A DNA stretch of 64,000 nt, taken from NCBI GenBank assembly GCA_964544935.1, contig CAZJDZ010000004.1, positions 15,802-79,801 on the forward strand. The letters are read 5' to 3'. Origin of the DNA: an uncultured Candidatus Saccharibacteria bacterium. GTDB lineage: Bacteria; Patescibacteriota; Minisyncoccia; Phycocordibacterales; UBA5272. Position 1 is the stretch's first letter. Each line of letters starts with the position of its first letter. The translations under genes and the position numbers were made by a program. This document shows positions 56,559-64,000 of this stretch, piece after piece. Under the pieces are notes generated by a model. That model made no database searches. It was not told the DNA's origin and worked only from the letters and a program-made list of their open reading frames with translations.

Positions 56559-57569
56559 TTACTTTTTGCTTCGACCCACAATCACAACCCCCAAGCCTAT
56601 GAGGATCACGAAGATGAATGCAGAGTAGAGCACGTACAGCTCTCCTGCCCAGTCGCCGCCACTTTCTTGGTTTTTTCCAAATGCGCCAAGCGTAAGTATG
56701 GCCATGAGAACCCCCCATGACACAGTGGTTATCAGTGGTCCATGCTTGTTGATGAAGAATCCACCAATGAAGGCAAATACATCTCCCACCCAGCGAGCAA
56801 CTGCCCCCTGCCACCCATTGAGGATGACGATGGAAACTGCAAGCGAGAGTATGGAGACTACCGTCATATACCACCATCCAGTGTCTCCTTGCCAACTCTT
56901 CACGAGCGCCTGAAGCACCGAGAGGTTGGTTTGATGTTTGGTCATCATTCCAACTTCAATGTAGATGTGACCCCCTGCTATCACAAGGACAATTGCCGAA
57001 GCAATAGCCCAAGAGCGAAGTAGATTTCTGAAAACAGCTTGAGCAATGGTGTCCCACTGCTCGAAATGGCTGAGGAAAAATCCAGTCGCAATGAGCAGCA
57101 GTGCGCCTGACTTATGAAACAGGAACGAGTCCTTTTCGGAATATGCATCTAGGAAAACCCAGATCGCGAAGAGAACCAACAGGACACCTGTCCAGAGCCA
57201 AGGTTTGTCCTTGTACTTTGTCCATGCAAAACCAGTAAGTTCTGCTCCTCCTTTAGCAATTCCTGCACCCGCATGACCAACTTTTTGTGCAGCAACGTGC
57301 GTACCATGAAGTACGTGAGGTTGTGCACGGCTAGCCATATGGGAAAAGGATTGTGCTCCAGAAACCAGAGCCGCAGCCATCTTGCTTGCCATTCTTGTGA
57401 TTGCAAGACGAATGGCGATGACGTCCCCAAACAGGAATACGCCATACAGTGCAAGAGCCAAAACAGCGCAGGCACCCAAAGCGTAACTCTTGGTCAAGAA
57501 GAAGACCAAGGCCAGTCCAAGCAAAAATGGCACAGGAATCCAGGCCAGGAGAAACATTCTGAAGTTCAT
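56559..57569 (-). CDS. polytopic membrane hypothetical protein (solo cassette)
   Basis: Roughly 8-9 TM segments; TTGACA-17-TACAAT promoter (57648-57676), GGAG SD, GCAA-loop terminator 56515-56542; higher GC. Confidence 0.8.
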   Translation of the reverse strand: MNFRMFLLAWIPVPFLLGLALVFFLTKSYALGACAVLALALYGVFLFGDVIAIRLAITRMASKMAAALVSGAQSFSHMASRAQPHVLHGTHVAAQKVGHAGAGIAKGGAELTGFAWTKYKDKPWLWTGVLLVLFAIWVFLDAYSEKDSFLFHKSGALLLIATGFFLSHFEQWDTIAQAVFRNLLRSWAIASAIVLVIAGGHIYIEVGMMTKHQTNLSVLQALVKSWQGDTGWWYMTVVSILSLAVSIVILNGWQGAVARWVGDVFAFIGGFFINKHGPLITTVSWGVLMAILTLGAFGKNQESGGDWAGELYVLYSAFIFVILIGLGVVIVGRSKK

Positions 57570-57714
57570 TGGGAAATCTCCAAAAAGATGAAAAAGTTTG
57601 TGAAAGTGCTGTAGATACCTTATTTAGGCAGAGCTACTCTGTTTTATATTGTATCATGTAATAATAGTATTGTCAATACCAATATTCCATAAAACCATTT
57701 ATATATAAACGATT

Positions 57715-57915
57715 TTAGTTATTTCCAATGAGTACTGTAAAGGTTGTAAGTGTGCAGTTTGCTTGTTCAAGACCTCGAAGCGTTTCCAGCAGATAATAAC
57801 AGGTATCAGGTCCTGTAACTTTAAGCATTTTCCCTACCCACTCTAAAATATATTGAGTTTGGTCAGCGAAGAGTAAAAATCCATTCTGTGTAACTGTAAA
57901 AAGAGGCTGTTCCAT
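57715..57915 (-). CDS. small hypothetical protein
   Basis: 66-aa protein-like C-terminal part of the 112-aa ORF; start uncertain. Confidence 0.4.
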   Translation of the reverse strand: MEQPLFTVTQNGFLLFADQTQYILEWVGKMLKVTGPDTCYYLLETLRGLEQANCTLTTFTVLIGNN

Positions 57916-58172
57916 GATATGTCTGTTATTCTGTCGATAATACCTTTGTACTACCATACTATTTATGATAGTGTCAAACATATACAAGCACGCACGCTTT
58001 TGTGATATAGTGCAAGTAATACAGATATGACAGTCATGAAAGCAAGAATGCATTTTGATTTGATTTGATTTTTTACATTTGTTTTCTTTAATTTATTGGT
58101 GATATATACGGGATTGATTGAAGATTTTGAAAAATCTATCATCTAATCTCTAACATCTATTTTCTATTTACT

Positions 58173-58757
58173 ATGTTAATTCCTACTGTTATCGAAAAAA
58201 GTCAGTTTGGTGAGCGTGCATATGATATCTATTCGCGTTTACTTAAAGAAAGAATTATCTTTCTTCACGATGAAGTTAATCAGCATTCGGCATCACTTGT
58301 TGTTGCACAACTACTCTTTCTTGAAGCCGAAGATCCAAAGAAAGATATTACCCTCTATATCAACTCCCCTGGCGGAAGTATTCAGGCGGGTATGGCAATC
58401 ATCGATACGATGCAGCATATTAAGCCAGATGTAGCTACTGTCTGTACTGGTATGGCAGCATCTATGGGTGCAATGATTCTTTCACAAGGAGCAAAAGGAA
58501 AGCGTTTTGTGCTTCCTAATTCAGAGGTGATGATTCATCAGCCGTTAACTGGTGTTGAAGGACAAGCATCAGATATTGAGATTACTGCAAAGCATATTTT
58601 AAGACTTAAAGATAAGTTATATGAAATGCTTGTTGCTGCGACAGGAAAAACAAAGGCACAGATTGAAAAGGATAGTGATCGTGACTACTGGATGACAGCT
58701 GAAGAAGCAAAGAAATATGGTATTGTAGACCAGATTCTTAAACCTAAGACAAAATAA
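58173..58757 (+). CDS. clpP: ATP-dependent Clp protease proteolytic subunit
   Basis: [40 protein letters not shown]. Confidence 0.98.
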   Translation: MLIPTVIEKSQFGERAYDIYSRLLKERIIFLHDEVNQHSASLVVAQLLFLEAEDPKKDITLYINSPGGSIQAGMAIIDTMQHIKPDVATVCTGMAASMGAMILSQGAKGKRFVLPNSEVMIHQPLTGVEGQASDIEITAKHILRLKDKLYEMLVAATGKTKAQIEKDSDRDYWMTAEEAKKYGIVDQILKPKTK

Positions 58758-58758
58758 C

Positions 58759-60276
58759 ATGAGCACTACAGTACTTCTTATTGAAGGCGCTGTCACACTT
58801 ATTTTGGGAGGAGCAACGGGATATATTATTCGTCACCATGTTGCTAAGTCTCGACGTGGCTCGCTTGAGGCAGAGCTTGAGGAAAAAATCCTTCAGGCTA
58901 AGCGTGATGCGCGTGCAATAGAAGACGAAGCTCTCTCCCGAGCAAGTGCGCTCCGTGAAGAACTCAAGCGTAACGAAGATAGAGTTGCTAAGCAAGAGGA
59001 GCGTCTTGATCGACGTGAAAGCGAAGTTATACACAAAGAATCACAACTAGATAAAGAATTTGAATCACTCAAACAAAAAGGGAAAGAGCTAGAGTCTGTT
59101 AAAGAAAGACTTCTCGAAAAAGAAATTGAAGTTAGTAAGAGTCTTGAAAAAGCTGCGCAACTTTCACGAGAGGAAGCGAGAGAGCAGTTATTTACTAAGA
59201 TTGTAAAAGAGTCAGAAGAAGATATTCAATCACGAATGCTTAAACTTGCTCGTGATGGTGAAGTTCGTCTTGAAGAAAAAGCTCGTGATATTTTGGTAAG
59301 TAGTATTTACCGTATTGCAAATGGTCCAATTGCACAGTTTATGACTTCAATAGTTGAAATAGAAGATGAAGAAATAAAAGGTAAGGTTATCGGAAAGGAA
59401 GGTCGTAATATAAAAGCTTTTGAGCGACTAGCAGGAGTTGAGCTTCTTGTTGATGAGAATCCAAACGGAATTGTTATCTCTTGTTTTGACCCTGTTCGCA
59501 GGGCAATTGCAACCAATGCTCTTCAAATGCTTATCAAAGATGGACGTATTCAACCAGCAAAAATTGAAGAGTGTATCGATAAGGCGAAAAGAGAGATTGG
59601 GGTCTTTATGCGCAAGAAGGGAGAAGAAGCTGTGCTTGAGTGTGGACTCCTCTCAATGCCAGAGGAACTTATTCCAATCATTGGACGTCTTTATTTTAGA
59701 ACAAGTTATGGACAGAATGTGCTTAATCATTCTATCGAAATGGCGCACATTGCAGGAGTATTAGCACAAGAGCTTGGGGGAGATGTGTATGTTGCAAAAG
59801 CAGGAGCACTTCTTCATGACATTGGAAAAGCTGTTGATCATGAGATTCAAGGGACACATGTGGAGATTGGTCGTAAGATTCTTATGAAGTATGGAGTAGA
59901 TGATCGTGTGATTCTTGCTATGCAAGCTCATCATGAAGAGTATCCATACGAAACAGTTGAGAGTGTTCTTGTACAAGTAGCGGATGCAATATCAGGTGGA
60001 AGGCCTGGAGCACGTCGTGATACAGTTGATAGGTACATACAGCGACTTTCAGACTTAGAGGCGCTAGCAATGTCATTTAGCGGCATTGAGAGGGTCTACG
60101 CTCTTCAGGCGGGGCGTGAAATACGAGTGTTCGTGTCCCCACTTCTTGTTAATGATGTAGAAGCTCGTGATCTTGCACGCAATATCGCACTTCGTGTTGA
60201 GCAAGAGCTTCGTTTTCCGGGTGAGATTAAGATTCATGTTATACGTGAATCTCGTATGATTGAGTTTGCTCGTTAA
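58759..60276 (+). CDS. rny: ribonuclease Y
   Basis: N-terminal TM, coiled coil, KH (KG..IGKEGRNI), HD domain LLHDIGKA, ADAISG.RPGAR. Confidence 0.97.
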   Translation: MSTTVLLIEGAVTLILGGATGYIIRHHVAKSRRGSLEAELEEKILQAKRDARAIEDEALSRASALREELKRNEDRVAKQEERLDRRESEVIHKESQLDKEFESLKQKGKELESVKERLLEKEIEVSKSLEKAAQLSREEAREQLFTKIVKESEEDIQSRMLKLARDGEVRLEEKARDILVSSIYRIANGPIAQFMTSIVEIEDEEIKGKVIGKEGRNIKAFERLAGVELLVDENPNGIVISCFDPVRRAIATNALQMLIKDGRIQPAKIEECIDKAKREIGVFMRKKGEEAVLECGLLSMPEELIPIIGRLYFRTSYGQNVLNHSIEMAHIAGVLAQELGGDVYVAKAGALLHDIGKAVDHEIQGTHVEIGRKILMKYGVDDRVILAMQAHHEEYPYETVESVLVQVADAISGGRPGARRDTVDRYIQRLSDLEALAMSFSGIERVYALQAGREIRVFVSPLLVNDVEARDLARNIALRVEQELRFPGEIKIHVIRESRMIEFAR

Positions 60277-60331
60277 AGAAAAAAGTATGCATGTGCTGGT
60301 AACTGTGAATAGGATAGTATGAGATGTAGAA

Positions 60332-60362
60332 AATAGCGCGCAACCGAAGGTTGCGCGCTATT
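60332..60362. terminator. 14-bp palindrome with GAA triloop
   Basis: AATAGCGCGCAACC-GAA-GGTTGCGCGCTATT between convergent genes. Confidence 0.72.
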
Positions 60363-60405
60363 GATTTTGTAATGCTCACTTGAGCATCTTGAGATATCTT
60401 GAAAG

Positions 60406-60984
60406 TTAGACGTCGATTGCCTCGGTCTTGCCTTCGTCCGGAAGAGCGATCGAAAGCTCTTCTGCACTGCCGTCGACCTTGCTTATGAGCTTCGGCTTGG
60501 CGAAGAACTCTTCGCGCGACAAGTACGAAACACCAGGTACATCAGGTCGATCAGAGAGTAGTGCTTCACGGTCGAGTTCATACTTCACACGGACGTACTT
60601 CGTCATGTTGTGGGCACGTAGATAGGCAACGACAGAAGCGTCGTCCTCACCCTCATCAAGCTCCACATATGGTGGCGTAAAGCGCCAACCAAACGTCCCC
60701 TGTTCAGTCTTCACTGAGCGAAGCTTGGCAGTGAGCTCCCCCTTCTTTCCTTGTGCGAAGGTGTAGAGTGCCGTGAAGAAGGTGTCACGCTCTTTGACAA
60801 GAGGAGTAAGCTCGACTTCGAGATCACTTTTGATCTTGTCGATCGCTTCCTTGGCTTTCTTCTTGGCAAGGTTGATCTTCTTCTGCTCTTGTCCGATTGA
60901 CAAGAGGTAGTGTGCAGCGTGGATGACGCTTTGAGGAACTGCGGTAAAACTCTTCTTCAGGCGATTGATAGTTGTTGAGGCCAT
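60406..60984 (-). CDS. Mu Gam-like host-nuclease inhibitor (DNA end-binding) protein
   Basis: Coiled-coil N-half, GTFGWRFTPP, YVRVK.ELDREAL, VPGV....EEF; AGGAG SD before ATG 60984. Confidence 0.82.
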   Translation of the reverse strand: MASTTINRLKKSFTAVPQSVIHAAHYLLSIGQEQKKINLAKKKAKEAIDKIKSDLEVELTPLVKERDTFFTALYTFAQGKKGELTAKLRSVKTEQGTFGWRFTPPYVELDEGEDDASVVAYLRAHNMTKYVRVKYELDREALLSDRPDVPGVSYLSREEFFAKPKLISKVDGSAEELSIALPDEGKTEAIDV

Positions 60985-61113
60985 GGCAACATCTCCTAGT
61001 TGATTACTGGTGAAAGAACATTTGTCTTCCATAACTTTACTAGAGTACAAGTAAAATGTTAAACTGTCGGCGAAAGTCGACAAATATACTCAATCTTTAT
61101 ATTTCTTACACAC

Positions 61114-61875
61114 ATGAACACAACCCTTGAATCAATTCTACGTGACCTTGATCTCCACCCTACTTCGTCAAAAATTTATCGTGAGTTACTTGAACACGGT
61201 GAGACAACACCACGTATTCTTTCGGAGAGGTTGCATATCACACGCCCGTCTACTTATGATCATCTAACAATTCTTAAAAAGAAAGGATTGATTGTAGAAA
61301 GAAAAATAGAAAACAAAGCATATTTTGCGGTTGATGATGTTCGCAGTATCAAAAGTGCTCTTTCTGAAAAAATAAGCACACTGACTGATCATGAGAAAGT
61401 TTTTACCACAATGCTTCCAGAACTCCTTAAACAAACAAAAACAGAGACACCTGTGATTAAGTTTTTTGAAGGAAAAGAGGGCTTACACTTCATTATCCAT
61501 GATCTATTATGGAGTAAAGGTGAAACCGTGTATACCATGTGGCCTCATGAGGAGATGCAAAAAGTTATTGATAAAGAAACACTTATTCGTTTTAACGATA
61601 GACGCATCAAAGATAAGATAACGATTCACGCACTGTGGCCACAAGATATGGTCCCAAAAGGAGAGTATATATGGAAAAATAAGGATATTTTGACAAAACG
61701 AAAATATTTACCACAAGGAATGGATTGGAAAATGGGGTATACAATTTATGGAGATAAAGTATCTTTTATTTCTTCTTACAAAGAAGTTTTTGGTTTTATT
61801 GTGCAGTCAAAAGAATTTGCAGCACTGATGAGATTACAATTTGAAGTGCTTTGGACTATAGCAAAAGAAAAATAA
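61114..61875 (+). CDS. TrmB-family transcriptional regulator
   Basis: wHTH (IY..LL..G, RPSTYD.L..L..KGL), P.IKFFEG.EG, IYGDKV, F..LW. Confidence 0.87.
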   Translation: MNTTLESILRDLDLHPTSSKIYRELLEHGETTPRILSERLHITRPSTYDHLTILKKKGLIVERKIENKAYFAVDDVRSIKSALSEKISTLTDHEKVFTTMLPELLKQTKTETPVIKFFEGKEGLHFIIHDLLWSKGETVYTMWPHEEMQKVIDKETLIRFNDRRIKDKITIHALWPQDMVPKGEYIWKNKDILTKRKYLPQGMDWKMGYTIYGDKVSFISSYKEVFGFIVQSKEFAALMRLQFEVLWTIAKEK

Positions 61876-62041
61876 TTTTTTTGACAAAAAATAATAGTGT
61901 GTTTATAGGACTTGCCAAAAACCCTGTGCGTACTATACTTATTGTATCCTTTCGTTTGCGTAATGCATACGAGGAGTTTAATAAATTTATTTTTTGATGA
62001 TGTGGTCCTAGGAAAACATGTCATCATAATCAATCACTCAT

Positions 62042-62314
62042 ATGAACAAAGCAGGTCTCGTTGAAGCAGTACATGCAGTACTCGGCTCAACAAAGGTACA
62101 AGCAGAAGAAGTAGTAGAAACAGTTTTCGGTACAATCGTTAAGACTCTTTCTAAAGGAGATGAGGTAGCAATTGCTGGAATTGGAAAGTTCACAGTAAAA
62201 CTACGTAAGGCTCGTGAAGCTCGTAACCCAAAGACTGGTGAGACAGTTAAGGTTCCTGCAACAAAGGTTCCTAAGTTCTCAGCCGCAAAAGCTCTTAAGG
62301 ATGCAGTTAAGTAA
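62042..62314 (+). CDS. hup: DNA-binding protein HU
   Basis: MNKA.L, G..V.I.G.GKF, R.AR..RNPKTGE, PKF.A.K.LK. Confidence 0.96.
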   Translation: MNKAGLVEAVHAVLGSTKVQAEEVVETVFGTIVKTLSKGDEVAIAGIGKFTVKLRKAREARNPKTGETVKVPATKVPKFSAAKALKDAVK

Positions 62315-62362
62315 TTGACTCCACAATGCTAAGCAGTTCTTATAACTAAGAATGTGATGCAA

Positions 62363-62397
62363 AAACAAAAGCGCGACCTTCGGTCGCGCTTTTGTTT
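62363..62397. terminator. 16-bp palindrome, TTC/GAA triloop
   Basis: AAACAAAAGCGCGACC-TTC-GGTCGCGCTTTTGTTT between convergent genes. Confidence 0.75.
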
Positions 62398-62405
62398 ATT
62401 TGAAC

Positions 62406-62780
62406 TTAACTTCTGAAACCGCGCCCTTCTTGTGATTGTCCAACATCCTTCTTAACGTCTCCACCTGTTGCTCCAGTCTCATTCCAAACATTTTCTGTAG
62501 ATTTTGATTTTACAGTATTCTGTAATGCAAGTATTTCCGCATCAATTTTTGTAAGCTTTTCTTCTGTTTCAATAAGAAGAGTTCTATATGCTCGCAACTT
62601 TCCTGCCGCTTGTGCGATATAGTCTTCGCCCCCATCTTTAATATCCCCTAGCCTTGCAATATCAACTCGTAGCTTAGTTGCTTCTTCCAGTAGTTCAGTT
62701 TTTCTTGCTTTGAGAGTTTCTAATGTTTCTGGGGATCTATTTCCTTCTTGTGGTTGTGGCGCATTGTTCATTGATGTCAT
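62406..62780 (-). CDS. coiled-coil hypothetical protein
   Basis: 124 aa; TATACT 7 nt upstream of ATG. Confidence 0.7.
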   Translation of the reverse strand: MTSMNNAPQPQEGNRSPETLETLKARKTELLEEATKLRVDIARLGDIKDGGEDYIAQAAGKLRAYRTLLIETEEKLTKIDAEILALQNTVKSKSTENVWNETGATGGDVKKDVGQSQEGRGFRS

Positions 62781-62862
62781 GTTACAAAGTATAGCTTGTG
62801 TTTATGAAAAGTAAACTCTTATAAAGGGTTTAGCATATATAACAAAGGTCTGACACAATGTG

Positions 62863-63105
62863 TCAGACCTTGGGGACTTCTCGCAGTAAAGAAATGCTGT
62901 GTGCCTCCTGTGTTGCTCTCGTTGTTGCTACAGAAAGCGGCAACGTTGTTTCTGCTAAACGCCGAAGTATCTGGTATGAAGCCGTATCCGTCAGGGATTC
63001 ACAGTCAAGTATACGTTGGCGGAACTCTCGCAAGGCAATTGCCTGTTGATCAAGTAGTCTTAGCAGCTCCTCTTGTCCTTGTTCAGGAGTAATGTTTTCA
63101 GGCAT
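62863..63105 (-). CDS. small hypothetical protein
   Basis: 80 aa with AAAGGAG SD 7 nt before ATG. Confidence 0.6.
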   Translation of the reverse strand: MPENITPEQGQEELLRLLDQQAIALREFRQRILDCESLTDTASYQILRRLAETTLPLSVATTRATQEAHSISLLREVPKV

Positions 63106-63172
63106 CTGAATCTCCTTTAGAAGGATGGTGGTATTTGAATGAAGGTCTTTGATTATTCTGCATTATTTGAAA

Positions 63173-63598
63173 TTATCTGTCAACTTCTTCTTGTTTTTCA
63201 AGAAGAAGTTCTTTTATTGACTCAGGATGCACCATGAGTTCATCGAGTTCAGATAGTGGAACCCACATTGGAGTAAAAAACTGCTTCTCGTACTCAGCTG
63301 GATTTACCTCAGGTAAGAGTATTTCTCCGGCAGAGTATATACAGGTATAAAAATATTCAGCTTCATCAATATCTTCTTTAGAGTAGAAGATGTCACCTGT
63401 TTGAATGATTAGCCCAAGTTCTTGAAAGCTTTCATGAAGCGCTTCATCAGTACTTTCGTCGTCTTCAACCGCTTTTCCAGGAAAAACAAAATATTCTTGA
63501 TTAAAAAGCCTCTCCTTGTTTATTCGATGAATAAGTAGAACTTTTTCATCTCTCTTGCAAATACCCCCTACCCATTTCTTTTGAAGATCTTCATTCAT
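63173..63598 (-). CDS. Nudix hydrolase-like protein (degenerate Nudix box)
   Basis: KVLLIHR, Y.FPGKAVE.DES..EAL.ES.QELG. Confidence 0.8.
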   Translation of the reverse strand: MNEDLQKKWVGGICKRDEKVLLIHRINKERLFNQEYFVFPGKAVEDDESTDEALHESFQELGLIIQTGDIFYSKEDIDEAEYFYTCIYSAGEILLPEVNPAEYEKQFFTPMWVPLSELDELMVHPESIKELLLEKQEEVDR

Positions 63599-63610
63599 AG
63601 AGATACTTAG

Positions 63611-63886
63611 TTAGTGGTTTTGTTTCTTAACAATTTCATTAATTGAAGCAAGATTTCTCATTTTTTTATCTTTCATAATATTAAGCTGCATCGTGAAGCG
63701 CACAGTGTCAGCTGGAGTCCACTTGCCTTCATTATCTTTCTTAAATATTTCAATATCCGCAGTTAATCCTTTGATGAGAGCATCAAGGGTTCTATTTTGA
63801 AGGATAAGATCTTCAACGAGCTCCCTCTCCTCCTCGTTTACTTCATGAGGAAGAGATTCATCTTGGTTGTTGTCAGTTGTTGACAT
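63611..63886 (-). CDS. small hypothetical protein
   Basis: 91 aa helical ORF co-oriented with the Nudix gene. Confidence 0.6.
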   Translation of the reverse strand: MSTTDNNQDESLPHEVNEEERELVEDLILQNRTLDALIKGLTADIEIFKKDNEGKWTPADTVRFTMQLNIMKDKKMRNLASINEIVKKQNH

Positions 63887-64000
63887 ACGATTTTATTACG
63901 TACAGTGTAGCATTTCTTATTTGTTTAGGAATAGGAAGAATTACTAGAAAGGTATACCACTGGAAATAAATTCTAAAATATAGTAGTATATCTTCTACAA

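Noticed and set aside
60406-63886. Prophage around the Gam-like gene
   Set aside because: Neighbours are rny, a TrmB regulator, HU and Nudix; no structural, terminase, transposase or integrase genes
1-64000. Alternative genetic code (TGA recoding, as in Gracilibacteria)
   Set aside because: Conserved genes translate full length under code 11 with no internal TGA

Overview
A ~36-38% GC (estimated by eye) chromosomal window spanning the replication origin of a bacterium whose gene content and protein style point to Patescibacteria/CPR, probably Parcubacteria (inference; standard genetic code). It holds ruvB/ruvC, tyrS, a class A PBP, the dnaN-oriC-dnaA-rpmH-rnpA-yidC origin block, a ~13.6 kb type IV secretion-like locus (VirB4, PrgI, VirB6-like, VirB5-like), rsmA, pcrA/uvrD, comM, rpsO, a Xer-type recombinase, xth, tpiA-pgk-ECF sigma, a MacAB-like exporter, nusA, ppa, tig, rsmE, clpP, rny, a solo Mu-Gam gene, a TrmB-type regulator and HU. 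No rRNA, tRNA, CRISPR array or transposase was seen. Highlights: (1) two T4SS pilin-like genes sharing a 324-bp identical 5' module but ending in different cell-wall hydrolase domains; (2) an array of self-contained promoter-gene-terminator cassettes at 46.9-48.3 kb separated by a repeated 29-bp site, one of which appears to encode a ~220-nt RNA with three potential pseudoknots; (3) a second rod-shaped ncRNA candidate at 56.1-56.5 kb; (4) a family of long palindromes with C-GNA-G triloops; (5) a split between leaderless-type core genes and Shine-Dalgarno/boxA-bearing accessory cassettes; (6) a trigger factor whose PPIase domain is replaced by a His-rich tract. All calls come from reading motifs by eye; no searches were run.
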